64,000 nucleotides of DNA from a virus, in the IMG/VR virus record IMGVR_UViG_3300027736_000026, positions 1 through 64,000 of that record; one strand, given 5' to 3'. Positions 1 to 9,985 of the stretch are shown piece by piece. Under the pieces are notes generated by a model. That model searched no databases. It was not told the DNA's origin and was given only the letters and a program-made list of their open reading frames with translations. The stretch's first letter is position 1, and the number at the start of each line of letters is the position of its first letter. Position numbers and translations under genes: made by a program.

Positions 1-2
1 AC

Positions 3-1313
3 AGCACCTTCGCGACGATAACAAACTTAGCTGCAACTGGTTCTACCCTTGATACTAAGATTAACACTCTGAGCGGTTATTCCAACGCGAACTTTGCGAC
101 GATCCTTAACCTAGCTGCTACTGGTTCTACCCTTGATACTAAGATTAACACTACGAACACGAACCTAGCTGCCACAGGTTCGGTCCTTGATACGAAAATC
201 AACACTCTGAGTGGTTATGCAAATAATACTTTCCTTTCTGGAGTCGGAGTATCCAACTATGTCCCTCGTTGGAGTGGAACTAAACTATTAGTTACTGGAA
301 GTATTTATGATAATGGAAATGTCGGGATAGGAACGACATCAGTAGGAAGTCCTTTGGAAGTTTACGGTACGTCAATGGACCCCAGTTTAACTCCTAGTTC
401 TGCCTCAATTTTTAATGTTAATAGCTTAGGCGTAGAACTAGCGGTTGGCAGAATGGTCACTTCTCCATTTAGCCTATGGTTGCAGGGCAAACATGCCACA
501 GTTGGTGGTGATTTATCATATCCTATAGTTTTAAATCCTCTTGGCGGTAATGTTGGTATAGGGTTAACAACTCCTGCTTATAAATTTGAAGTCTCTGGTG
601 GTGATGTTAATATCGCTGGTGCAAATGTTCTAAGATTTGGAACTGTCGCAGTATTAAATATAACCTCTAATCCTCAAGATATATACGCAAACATAAGAGT
701 CATTAGAAATGAATCGACTACCAATGCAGACGGAATGTTTATCGGTTATAATAACGGTGGTACTACTGCTGGTCATTTAAGATTCTATGCTAATGGTACA
801 AATGAAAGAATGCGTATTCAGGCAAACGATGGTCATGTTGGTATTGGAACTGATACTGCTGCTGGAAGACTTGATGTATATAATGATACAGATGCGGGGC
901 ATCTTTCTTTTGTTAGAAATAACAATTCAGGAATAAATGCTTATTCAGCAATAGTATTGCGCAGAAATGGTAATACTAATGGGTTGGTAATGTTTACTAA
1001 CTCTTCAAACAGAACCACTGATGGTGGCGCAGGTAACTCTACTATTAGAACAGACAATGGTAAACTATTAGTAGGAGCAGGAGCAACGACCTATCACTCA
1101 TTCGAAACAAATGGCAACGTTGGAATTGGTTTAACTAATCCAGCCGCAGCAAGGCTTCATATTAAAGGCGATGGCTCTGCCCCTGTATTAAGAGTAGAAT
1201 CTGCTTTATTAGAAGCAGGGACAAGTACAGCTAGCAAAACTTTCGTTTCTTGGCTGCCAATTATGACCGGCGCAGCAGCAGGAGACAAAGTCTATATCCC
1301 ACTATTTAAATAA
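3..1313 (+). CDS. Tail fibre-like protein, 5' truncated by the window edge
   Basis: The frame of the listed ORF 354..1313 is open back to position 3 (STFATITNLAATGSTLDTKINTLSGY...), so the TTG at 354 is probably not the real start. It has repeated G(N/H)VGIG-T/L motifs and 'LRFYANGTNERMRI', typical of phage fibre repeats. Confidence 0.75.
   Translation, partial: STFATITNLAATGSTLDTKINTLSGYSNANFATILNLAATGSTLDTKINTTNTNLAATGSVLDTKINTLSGYANNTFLSGVGVSNYVPRWSGTKLLVTGSIYDNGNVGIGTTSVGSPLEVYGTSMDPSLTPSSASIFNVNSLGVELAVGRMVTSPFSLWLQGKHATVGGDLSYPIVLNPLGGNVGIGLTTPAYKFEVSGGDVNIAGANVLRFGTVAVLNITSNPQDIYANIRVIRNESTTNADGMFIGYNNGGTTAGHLRFYANGTNERMRIQANDGHVGIGTDTAAGRLDVYNDTDAGHLSFVRNNNSGINAYSAIVLRRNGNTNGLVMFTNSSNRTTDGGAGNSTIRTDNGKLLVGAGATTYHSFETNGNVGIGLTNPAAARLHIKGDGSAPVLRVESALLEAGTSTASKTFVSWLPIMTGAAAGDKVYIPLFK
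24..206 (+). repeat. Three imperfect 45-bp coding repeats (NLAATGS[TV]LDTKINT)
   Basis: Copies at 24-68, 108-152 and 162-206, e.g. aacttagctgcaactggttctacccttgatactaagattaacact. Confidence 0.9.
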
Positions 1314-1319
1314 AATTTT

Positions 1320-1595
1320 ATGGAAGAAATAGAATACAAAATATACAAATACGAGTTCTGTCCAGTCGATGATCCAGACAGGATTATTGTTGGATTCCTA
1401 ATAACCGACACTACAAATGGCAAGTCTTTAAACATCGAAGAGATAGCCACTCTCTTAGAGTCTACAGGCAAAGACCAAGAAGAGGTGTGCCAATTAGTTT
1501 ATGAAAAAGTTAAAGATCGAATCGAAGTTCTAAAGCAAAAACTATTGAGTAAAAGAGACTCAGTAATAGGAAAAGTATTCTTACCTTCAAATTAA
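1320..1595 (+). CDS. Hypothetical protein, possible fibre-associated chaperone
   Basis: 91-aa acidic ORF directly after the fibre gene. Function inferred from position only. Confidence 0.55.
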   Translation: MEEIEYKIYKYEFCPVDDPDRIIVGFLITDTTNGKSLNIEEIATLLESTGKDQEEVCQLVYEKVKDRIEVLKQKLLSKRDSVIGKVFLPSN

Positions 1596-1612
1596 CAATA
1601 TAATAATAAAGT

Positions 1613-3196
1613 ATGTCTGTCCAACATGCCAACCGAGGAGTAGTAAAAAAAGATTTACAGTTATATTATAACCGTGAATTTTCTAAAAGCTTTAGAGGCG
1701 AAGCTACTACAAATATATACAGTACAGTTGCAGGAGGAGCGGCAAATACCTATCCATCCGCAGGAAATAGCTGGGGAACATATAGAGATAGTTTGTATAA
1801 TGGAGGAGTTTATGGATCTATAGGAACAATAGCTTCTGTTTCTGTTGATAACGTAATAACCGTTTCGTCTCCTACTGCATATTTTAATAGTTTTGCAACT
1901 TATGATGTAATCCGACCTCAAAGTACTGGAGGGGGATTAAATCTAAGCACTAATTATTATTTTAAAAGATTAACATCTACTACTTTCACATTGCATCAAT
2001 ACGATGGAACCAATGACGCTTCAAAAACTCCAGAGCAAGTATTAACTTATATAAATTCTGATACAAGAATTAGCGTTAATGCTACAAGTTTTCCTACAAT
2101 GTGGTGGGGAGAACCTCACCTTCCTAATGTCGCTTTAATTAAAACAGCAATAACAAATGGTTTTGCTTATGATAATAGACTTCATGATTGTGTAAGGTTA
2201 AATTGGTTTAGATCTGATAGAAGCGATGGAATGGCTTATGGAGTTCAGCCAACTTATATAGCAAATACACAATACGCTTTTACCGCTTACATTAGAGCTA
2301 CATCTCAAAATGCGATAGGTGGAAAGGTTAGTATTAGTGCGTATCAAACAGGCACGGCAACATATCCAGAAATTACTGGAGTTTATTCTCCTATCTTGAC
2401 TTCTAATTGGCAAAAATGGACAGGAACATTTACTAGTAGTGCAACGGGAGGATCTTTTTTCTTTTATTTTTTTCCAGTTATTGCTACTTTACCTGCTACT
2501 GTTGATATAGCAGAATTACAATTAGAACAAAAAGCATACGCATCAGAATTTACACCAACATCTCGCTCTGCTAATACTGTTGCTGGTGGTGGTGGTTTGT
2601 TGGATATGAGTGGAAATAATTATAATATTGATCTTACTAGTTCTGCTATTTCATTTGATAGTGGAGGATTTTATTTTAATGGAAATGCTGGAGGGCAATT
2701 TATAACTCCAGTAGCTAATTCAGTGTTAGATAGTTTGAGTAATAATACTCATACTTATGAAATCTGGTTTAAATTATTAGGGACTCCTCCCGGATTATAT
2801 GACGGTTATCTTTTTGGAAGACAGGGGTATCATGAAGGATTTGGGCATTATAAATCACCTTCAAATGTTATATATATTATAACATGGTATAATGACGCAA
2901 CAAATGCGTCTTTAGGCGTAACTTTAAGTTTAAATACTTGGTATCACGGTATTTATATAGCAAATGTAGAAGAAGGTACTAGAAAATTATATATAAATGG
3001 AGCTTTAGTAGATAGCAATACATTAACTAAACAATTAAGACAATACACTTCTACTACTCCTTATTTTATTGGCGGAGGAGACGCTAATTGGCCATGCAAT
3101 AGTATCATTTCAAATATTAAAGCTTATAATAGAGCGTTAACCGTAACAGAAATACAACAAAATTTCAATGCAACCCGTAAAACTTATGGAATATAA
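1613..3196 (+). CDS. LamG/concanavalin A-like virion protein with an internal carbohydrate-binding-like module
   Basis: C-terminal LamG signature (TYEIWFK, WYHGIY, KLYING, IKAYNRALTVTEIQQNFNA). Internal CBM-like segment (YAFTAYIR, LTSNWQKWTGTF, QLEQK). Confidence 0.75.
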   Translation: MSVQHANRGVVKKDLQLYYNREFSKSFRGEATTNIYSTVAGGAANTYPSAGNSWGTYRDSLYNGGVYGSIGTIASVSVDNVITVSSPTAYFNSFATYDVIRPQSTGGGLNLSTNYYFKRLTSTTFTLHQYDGTNDASKTPEQVLTYINSDTRISVNATSFPTMWWGEPHLPNVALIKTAITNGFAYDNRLHDCVRLNWFRSDRSDGMAYGVQPTYIANTQYAFTAYIRATSQNAIGGKVSISAYQTGTATYPEITGVYSPILTSNWQKWTGTFTSSATGGSFFFYFFPVIATLPATVDIAELQLEQKAYASEFTPTSRSANTVAGGGGLLDMSGNNYNIDLTSSAISFDSGGFYFNGNAGGQFITPVANSVLDSLSNNTHTYEIWFKLLGTPPGLYDGYLFGRQGYHEGFGHYKSPSNVIYIITWYNDATNASLGVTLSLNTWYHGIYIANVEEGTRKLYINGALVDSNTLTKQLRQYTSTTPYFIGGGDANWPCNSIISNIKAYNRALTVTEIQQNFNATRKTYGI

Positions 3197-3199
3197 AAT

Positions 3200-5320
3200 A
3201 TGAGTACAGTAAATGCAGGCGGAAGAAGTATAACAGACGGTTTAATTTTTCAATTAGATGGTGATCTTTCCGTTTCATATGTTAAAACTCCAAAGCAATT
3301 GAGCGGATGTATATTATGGCTCGATGCCTCGGATTCTTCAACTTTAACTACTGAAGGTATAGGTTATGTAAGATATTGGTCTGATAAAAGCACATCTGGT
3401 GTTGTGGCTACTGGCGGTGGATTAACTTTAGCGAATGAACCACTATTAACAAGTAATGCATTAAATGGTTTGTCTAGTATTTATTTTGACGGAACTGATT
3501 ATTTTGAAATTCCAAATAACTCCGCTTTACAAACTCAAAATGAAAAAACAATTTTTGTAGTTTATAAATACACAAAAGTAAGTAATACTAATTATGGAGT
3601 TTTAATTCAAAGAGGATCTGGTGATGCAAATGAAGAAATAAGACTTGCTGTTGTTAATAGTGCAGATTGGATATATTTTGATATTGGTGCTGGAGCCGGT
3701 CCTTATATTCAACCAACCGGACAAACAGCCAATATTAGAGATTACGCCGCAAATATAATTACTGCGACAGCAACAAGATCTGCTGGATCGTCTACATTAA
3801 AACTTTACTCTAATGGTAAAGATATGGGTGGATCTACACTTAGCCCGACACTTACTCCATCTGTTGGTTCATTTGTTACTAGTATAGGAAAACAAATAGA
3901 AGCCGCTTCAAATGTGAACTTTTTTACTGGTTTTATTTCTGAAGTTATAGTTTACAATCGTTGTTTGTCTGACACTGAAAGAAAACAAATTGAACAATAT
4001 TTGGGTTCAAAATGGGCAATACCACTAAGTTTAACAACATCAGTAACCAATGTTAGAGATTTGACTAATACTACAACATTAAATACAATATATCCAACCA
4101 CGTATCCTATATTACAACATCCATACAAAGATGCAATTGAACAAAATGCGCAATCAGATTATATTAGTTTTAATTCAAACACTACCATAAAAACTTTAGG
4201 TGCTATTCCATTTACTATTGAATGGGCATTTGCAATTATTGCTAGACCAAATAATGGTACAAATTATGGTATTTTTGATAATGGAGAATCATATCAAGTA
4301 AAAGGTGTGGTTATTAGAGTTGATGGTGCATCAAAAAGATTGTATGTGAGAATAAGCAGAGGTGGAGCTACATCTTTTACTGATTTTTATGACACAACCG
4401 TTTTAACAACTGGAAAGTATTATCATTATATTGTTTCGTATGATGGTGCTACTGTTCGTTTTTATTTGAATGGATCGTTAACAAATGCTGTAGCCTTTGA
4501 CAAAGGTACAACGGCGACAGATTCATTGTTTTATCCAACCGGTACAAGTCAAAATCTTCAAGGAGAAATTTTATTTTATAAAATATTTAATAGAGCATTA
4601 ACAACTGCTGAAGCATCTTATCAATATGAGTTGGAAAAAAATAGAATAACTTCTATGCCCAAAATTGTAACTGATGATCTTCTTTTGTGGTTAGATTGTA
4701 ATTATTATTCAAGTTATCCGATATCTGGTACAACTTGGTATGATTTAACCAACAGTCAAATAAATGGAAGTCTAAATAATGCTCCTACTTTTACTAGCAC
4801 TGAAGCAAGGAATCTTTTTTTTAATGGCTCTACTCAGTATGTGTCAGTAACCAGAACTTTATCTGTGCCAATGACTATTTCTGGATGGATGAAGTATACA
4901 GACCAAGCTAAAGCTTTAAATACTTTTATTAACGGTCAACCGCATAATACTATTGCAATATCATTAAACAGAGATGGTGCTGGTAATTTAGTAGTTTATC
5001 TTGGAAATGGAAGCGCTTGGATAGGCACACCATCTATCACTTCATCCTCAACAGTGACTGTTAATGTTTGGTATAATATTACATTTACATGTGATGGGAC
5101 AATTTCAACGCTTTATTTAAATGGTGTTGTTGTTGGGACAAGCTCTCATATCCCGTCTGGATTTGGGTCTTCTTTTTTTATAGGACATTTGACTGATAGT
5201 GTTTCTAGTTTAGAATATTTTAAAGGAAATTTTGCTAATTTCTTATTATATACTGCGTCTTTAACAAGCAATCAAATAGTTCAAAATTACAACGCTCAAA
5301 AATATAGATTTGGAAAATAA
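3200..5320 (+). CDS. Multi-LamG domain virion protein
   Basis: Three LamG-like units ending EVIVYNRCLSDTE, KIFNRALTTAE and LLYTASLTSNQIVQNYNA, with LWLDA/LWLDC starts. Confidence 0.8.
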   Translation: MSTVNAGGRSITDGLIFQLDGDLSVSYVKTPKQLSGCILWLDASDSSTLTTEGIGYVRYWSDKSTSGVVATGGGLTLANEPLLTSNALNGLSSIYFDGTDYFEIPNNSALQTQNEKTIFVVYKYTKVSNTNYGVLIQRGSGDANEEIRLAVVNSADWIYFDIGAGAGPYIQPTGQTANIRDYAANIITATATRSAGSSTLKLYSNGKDMGGSTLSPTLTPSVGSFVTSIGKQIEAASNVNFFTGFISEVIVYNRCLSDTERKQIEQYLGSKWAIPLSLTTSVTNVRDLTNTTTLNTIYPTTYPILQHPYKDAIEQNAQSDYISFNSNTTIKTLGAIPFTIEWAFAIIARPNNGTNYGIFDNGESYQVKGVVIRVDGASKRLYVRISRGGATSFTDFYDTTVLTTGKYYHYIVSYDGATVRFYLNGSLTNAVAFDKGTTATDSLFYPTGTSQNLQGEILFYKIFNRALTTAEASYQYELEKNRITSMPKIVTDDLLLWLDCNYYSSYPISGTTWYDLTNSQINGSLNNAPTFTSTEARNLFFNGSTQYVSVTRTLSVPMTISGWMKYTDQAKALNTFINGQPHNTIAISLNRDGAGNLVVYLGNGSAWIGTPSITSSSTVTVNVWYNITFTCDGTISTLYLNGVVVGTSSHIPSGFGSSFFIGHLTDSVSSLEYFKGNFANFLLYTASLTSNQIVQNYNAQKYRFGK

Positions 5321-5323
5321 TAT

Positions 5324-6130
5324 ATGTTAATAACAAAAACATTACCAATTTTAATTGTAGGTGGAACTGTAAATTATTATAGATCCAAAGGAGTTGTTTG
5401 CAACGTGGGCGACAAAATAAATTTGCCTGTAGAAATGTTAAAGAAAAATAGCGCTTCTAGAATTCAATATCAATGTGATAAATGTGGAGTGATAAAAGAA
5501 ACTCCTTATTCTGCTTTTAATAGATCGAATGATTGTTATTGTCATAAATGTAAATTAGGAATTTCAGGAGAAGAGAGAGTCGATAAATCAATTATCGGTC
5601 AAAGATTTAATAGATTAATCGTTTTAGAAAAATCTTACAGAAGAAATGATAGATGGTATTGGCTGTGTCAATGTGATTGCGGCAATAAACACAACGTTAT
5701 TTCTAAAGATTTAAAAAATGGAAACGTAGGATCATGTAAATGTTTGCAAAGAGAAAGAAAAATTGAAGGTGTTAGAAGATCATCGAAAGAAAGAGTTGGT
5801 CGGAAACATCATGCTTGGAATCACAATTTAACAGAAGAAGAAAGAAAATTAAGAAAAAATCAAAAATTTATCCTTAAAGGACTCTCTAGGTCTTGTTTCG
5901 AAAGAGATAGATTCCAATGTGTTATTTGCGATTCTAATAAAAATATACATGCTCATCATTTAAATTCATGGAAACATTTTTCAGGCGATAGATTTGAAGT
6001 CAATAATTTAATAACATTATGCAATCCTTGTCATAAGCAGTATCATAAACTAGTCAAACTAAAAGACGCAACCAAGGAAAATTTTAATATTTATCTTAAC
6101 AATATAAAGGAACAAAATGCTTCAGTATAG
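5324..6130 (+). CDS. HNH homing endonuclease with Zn-ribbon motifs
   Basis: C-terminal CVIC...HAHHLNSW...NLITLCNPCHKQYH. N-terminal CDKC, CHKC, WLCQCDCG and SCKC motifs. Lys/Arg rich. Confidence 0.85.
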   Translation: MLITKTLPILIVGGTVNYYRSKGVVCNVGDKINLPVEMLKKNSASRIQYQCDKCGVIKETPYSAFNRSNDCYCHKCKLGISGEERVDKSIIGQRFNRLIVLEKSYRRNDRWYWLCQCDCGNKHNVISKDLKNGNVGSCKCLQRERKIEGVRRSSKERVGRKHHAWNHNLTEEERKLRKNQKFILKGLSRSCFERDRFQCVICDSNKNIHAHHLNSWKHFSGDRFEVNNLITLCNPCHKQYHKLVKLKDATKENFNIYLNNIKEQNASV

Positions 6131-8150
6131 CCCCAAAATAGTTCAGGATTCTTTAGTGATGTGTTTAGATGCATCACAAAATAAATCATATCCAACTGAT
6201 TTGCCTGTAAAAAATGGATTGTTGGTTTGGTTAGATGCTGCTGATGACTCTACTTTTAGTTACAGTTCAGGCACAGAAGTAAGCCAATGGAGAGATAAAA
6301 GCGGAAATAATTTTCATGCAAATCAAGCAACAGTTGCATATCAACCGGGTAGGACATCAGTAAATAATGGCAGAAAGAGCATAAATTTTATTGCTGGTAA
6401 TTTTGATTATTTGACAATAACGTCTGGAATTTCTGTCCCAAATGATGTTAGTATTTTTATAATTTATAAACCTACAACGCAAACGAATCAATACGCTGTA
6501 TTAATTGATAACTATCATGCCGCTGTAACCTATACGGGATTTGTAATTCAAAGAAATTCTAATGCAAGTACTTTTTATTATGCAAATGGAAATGGATCTG
6601 CTTATTTAGATACTGCATCTAGCCAATGGTCTTATACAGATAATGTTATTGGGATATTGTCATTAAATAAATCTTCTTCGACTGCGACTCCTTATGCAAA
6701 TGGAACTGCTCAATCATCTTCAACTGTTAATGCTGCTATAGTTCAATCTACTACTGGTTTAGTTATTGGTTCTTTAGCTAGTGGAGCAAGTCGTTTTTAT
6801 AATGGTGATATGTGCGAAATACTTATTTTCAATAGATCATTAAGCTCTACTGAAATGAAACAAGTCCACACATATCTTGGACAAAAATGGGGTATATCAA
6901 ATACTGATAGAAGTTTTATTGATTTAGCAAACACAAGTAATTATTTTTATGCTGGCACTAATTTGCCTAGATTTGATTATTACAATAAAGGATCATTTGT
7001 AGGCTCATCTACATCAAATAGTTTTTTTCAATCTCAAAACTTGAATGTTGATTTTAATAAAGATTGGACCGTATCTATTTGGTTTAAACACAAAAATCCA
7101 TCAGATTGGGATTTTTTAATGGATTACGCTCAAGGTGGAGGAGGAACTTTATTGACAGTTTATTCAGGTCAATTAAGATGGAATTATGGTGCGTGGTTCA
7201 CAGATTCAGTAACTGATTCTCCTACTGCAAGAACTTATTTAGTACGAGATACTATTTATAACGCAGTATTTCAAAAATCAGGAACAACATTAAAAACTTT
7301 TTTAAATGGTGCGTCATATGGTTCACCAACAACGAATAGTCAAACTTTAACCGCAAATTCTACTTTAAGATTTGGCGTTGGTCCATCAGTAGGAACCGAT
7401 TCTTTTACCGGAAATATTTACGCATGTAATGTATATAGCAGAGCATTAAGTGCAACAGAAGTTGCTCAAAATTACGAAGCTCAAAAGTCAAAATTTGCAA
7501 ATACAATTGTACAACAAGGATTAGTATTAAATCTTGATGCTGGTAATCCATATAGTTATGGCGGCGCAGGAACAACATTTTATGATGTAAGTCCAACCGC
7601 TTTATCTTGGACAATTAATAATGCAACATATAATTCAAGTGATCCAAAATATTTTAGTTATAATGGTAGTGATAGTTGGTTACAATCATCTACTTCCGCA
7701 GCTTATGATTCTCAAACAATAACAATGGAATGTTGGTGTTATCCTAATAGCTTGAGTCAAAATGGATTCTTATTTGAAAAAGGACAAGTAAATACTCAAT
7801 ATAGCATGTTTTTTGAAAATGCAAATTTTGTATTTAGAACGATGGGTTCAGTAAGTAATCAAAGTTCGACTTTTTCTCCATCTACTTACTTAACTGTAAG
7901 CGCATGGAATCATATTGTCTGCACTTATAATGGAAGTTCAAAAATTATGTATGTTAATGGCATTCAAGTCCAAAGTGTAGCCGCTTCTGGAGCGCTTCCT
8001 ACTGGTCAAACAGATCAATATATCGGAAGACATAGCAGTGGTTATTTTTTCAATGGAAGAATAGGAGAAACAAGAGTTTATAATATTGCATTATCTGCCG
8101 CTCAAGTTTTACAAAATTACAATGCTACAAAAGGAAGATTTGGATTATAA
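6117..8150 (+). CDS. Multi-LamG domain virion protein
   Basis: Three LamG-like units (EILIFNRSLSSTE, VYSRALSATEVAQNY, RVYNIALSAAQVLQNYNATKGRFGL). Paralogous to 3200..5320. Confidence 0.8.
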   Translation: MLQYSPKIVQDSLVMCLDASQNKSYPTDLPVKNGLLVWLDAADDSTFSYSSGTEVSQWRDKSGNNFHANQATVAYQPGRTSVNNGRKSINFIAGNFDYLTITSGISVPNDVSIFIIYKPTTQTNQYAVLIDNYHAAVTYTGFVIQRNSNASTFYYANGNGSAYLDTASSQWSYTDNVIGILSLNKSSSTATPYANGTAQSSSTVNAAIVQSTTGLVIGSLASGASRFYNGDMCEILIFNRSLSSTEMKQVHTYLGQKWGISNTDRSFIDLANTSNYFYAGTNLPRFDYYNKGSFVGSSTSNSFFQSQNLNVDFNKDWTVSIWFKHKNPSDWDFLMDYAQGGGGTLLTVYSGQLRWNYGAWFTDSVTDSPTARTYLVRDTIYNAVFQKSGTTLKTFLNGASYGSPTTNSQTLTANSTLRFGVGPSVGTDSFTGNIYACNVYSRALSATEVAQNYEAQKSKFANTIVQQGLVLNLDAGNPYSYGGAGTTFYDVSPTALSWTINNATYNSSDPKYFSYNGSDSWLQSSTSAAYDSQTITMECWCYPNSLSQNGFLFEKGQVNTQYSMFFENANFVFRTMGSVSNQSSTFSPSTYLTVSAWNHIVCTYNGSSKIMYVNGIQVQSVAASGALPTGQTDQYIGRHSSGYFFNGRIGETRVYNIALSAAQVLQNYNATKGRFGL

Positions 8151-8151
8151 A

Positions 8152-8167
8152 GTGTAAAAAACATTAG
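8152..8167 (+). promoter_or_regulatory. Candidate phage late-promoter motif GTGTAA-N7-TAG
   Basis: gtgtaa aaaacat tag, intergenic upstream of 8198. The same motif recurs at other operon starts. Confidence 0.5.
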
Positions 8168-8197
8168 AATAACTTAAATTTCAATTAAAATAAGAAA

Positions 8198-9055
8198 ATG
8201 AATACAATATTTATACCCGTTTACCCAAAACCATCTGGCGCGAATGTCACCAGATTGGACGTAGACTTTAATGACTTTGATCCACATAATGGAATCAAAT
8301 TTTCAGTAGTCCTTAAAAACCCACAAGATTTAAGCCTAGATAGGACTTATACTTGCATGTACGGAGATGATTGGCAGGATTGGCCCTCTGAACAAACTGC
8401 CGAAGCTGACTATAATTATGTAAAGAAAGTAGTGCTAGATAATTTAGGCTATACTGAAGCTATTGCTCCATTTATTACTACCCAACCAGTAGATCAAAAA
8501 GTTATAGATGGGCAACCTGCTCAATTCTCCGTAGTCGCAAGTGGCGATTCTCCATTGAATTATCAATGGGTTAAAAATGGAACCGCTATCGAAGGAGCTA
8601 CCTCTCCAGTTTATTCCATTAATTCAGCCGGGACTGGCGATCTAGGCTCTTACAATGTACAAATTAATAATCCAGTGAGTTCGATTATCAGTTCTTATGC
8701 ATCATTAAATTTCTTTCAAGCTCCAACCATTACATCACAACCTCAAAATCTTAATTTGACCGTTAGCGGATTTGGTGTTTTAAATGTAGGTGCAATGGGC
8801 GATCAACCATTAGCTTTCCAATGGAGTAAAGATAATGAGACTATTATTGGAGCAAGCGGAAGCTCTTTGCAGATTGCGGATGCCAAGATCTCTGATTCTG
8901 GAAACTATTTTGTAACAATTAGTAATGTAGCTGGATCTGTGCAAAGTGATCTTGCCGTTGTTGCTGTCACTGAGCCCGTTCCTCCACCTGCTCCAATCCC
9001 TGATGTTATCCCTGATGTGGTCCCTGATCCAATTCCCACTAGCGATAATGCTTAA
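8198..9055 (+). CDS. Ig-like (I-set type) domain protein, two Ig domains and a Pro-rich tail
   Basis: Two repeats of APxITxQP...G..PLxYQW/FQWxK...DxGxYxVxIxN. C-terminal PVPPPAPIPDVIPDVVPDPIP. Confidence 0.8.
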   Translation: MNTIFIPVYPKPSGANVTRLDVDFNDFDPHNGIKFSVVLKNPQDLSLDRTYTCMYGDDWQDWPSEQTAEADYNYVKKVVLDNLGYTEAIAPFITTQPVDQKVIDGQPAQFSVVASGDSPLNYQWVKNGTAIEGATSPVYSINSAGTGDLGSYNVQINNPVSSIISSYASLNFFQAPTITSQPQNLNLTVSGFGVLNVGAMGDQPLAFQWSKDNETIIGASGSSLQIADAKISDSGNYFVTISNVAGSVQSDLAVVAVTEPVPPPAPIPDVIPDVVPDPIPTSDNA

Positions 9056-9075
9056 TTTTTAAAATATCTCTTCTC

Positions 9076-9098
9076 AAGCCCCGAAAGGGGCTTTTTTT
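9076..9098 (+). terminator. Rho-independent terminator
   Basis: aagcccc-gaaa-ggggctt hairpin (GNRA loop) followed by a T run. Confidence 0.85.
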
Positions 9099-9106
9099 GT
9101 GTAATA

Positions 9107-9487
9107 ATGTGTATGAATTTAACAGGTACGCAAGGAAACTCTTTTTACAAGAGACTTGTAGCCCGTGATTCTGATAATAATATAATGAATTTATCAGGTT
9201 TCACGGCCTCTGGATATATAAGAGCTAGTTATGGCGCGGGATATACAAATGATAACGTTTATGTGCCTAGCTCTGGTATCTTATTAAATTTAAATCCACA
9301 AATAATCTCAGGAACAAATGGTTCCTTATATAGTAGTGGATATGTAGACATCGATGTAGGCAGGGCTGGAATGGCAGCTTTACCCTCTAGTTACCTATTG
9401 TTTGATGTTCAAGTATTTTCAGGAGCAGATTATGCTCGTACTATTGAAGGTGGATATTTCATCATTAACCCAGAAATAACATACTAA
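9107..9487 (+). CDS. Hypothetical virion protein (true start possibly ATG 9113)
   Basis: 126-aa ORF. The pattern 'NLSGFTASGYIR...FDVQV...RTIEGGYFIINPEIT' resembles small beta-sandwich phage structural domains. Confidence 0.55.
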   Translation: MCMNLTGTQGNSFYKRLVARDSDNNIMNLSGFTASGYIRASYGAGYTNDNVYVPSSGILLNLNPQIISGTNGSLYSSGYVDIDVGRAGMAALPSSYLLFDVQVFSGADYARTIEGGYFIINPEITY

Positions 9488-9488
9488 T

Positions 9489-9983
9489 ATGAAAATCGTA
9501 GACATGGCTCAAGAACTTTATTTCGAATTAGGTCAGCCAACTGACCTTTCAGTACCAGCTATTAGCTACTGGCTTCGAAACAATATTGGTATCCTTAATA
9601 ATAAATTAAATAAAGATATCGTTATTAATGACGCCACTTTAGAGCTTGACCCAAACCTTGGCGAAGCAGAGAAGTCTGTTTATAAGAAAATTTATGAATG
9701 CTACTTCTATGATTTAAAAGTCAAACAAACTCTAAATTCAATAAATAACGATTCTGTCCTAGAAGTAACAGATGGCGGCGGGACTGTCCGAAGAATCAAC
9801 CGAAACGAAACAAGTAAAATATACTTAGATGCAAAGAAGACTGCCTTGACTGAATTAACTATGATGGTTGGTGATTATAACGTTAATGATGTTGGCCCTC
9901 TTCAAATTGCTGGCGACGATACTGTCGCTGGCTCCTTTATCACTGATAAATATTATACACCTCGTCCATTTAATAGAGTTTAA
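9489..9983 (+). CDS. Putative head-tail adaptor/neck protein
   Basis: Size, helical character and position at the start of the neck-tube-chaperone-TMP gene order. Confidence 0.45.
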   Translation: MKIVDMAQELYFELGQPTDLSVPAISYWLRNNIGILNNKLNKDIVINDATLELDPNLGEAEKSVYKKIYECYFYDLKVKQTLNSINNDSVLEVTDGGGTVRRINRNETSKIYLDAKKTALTELTMMVGDYNVNDVGPLQIAGDDTVAGSFITDKYYTPRPFNRV

Positions 9984-9985
9984 TT

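Noticed and set aside
24-206. CRISPR array
   Set aside because: The repeats are in frame, vary mostly at synonymous positions, have irregular short spacers and lie in a coding region.
1613-8150. Diversity-generating retroelement targeting the lectin genes
   Set aside because: No reverse transcriptase and no near-identical template/variable repeat pair were visible in this window.
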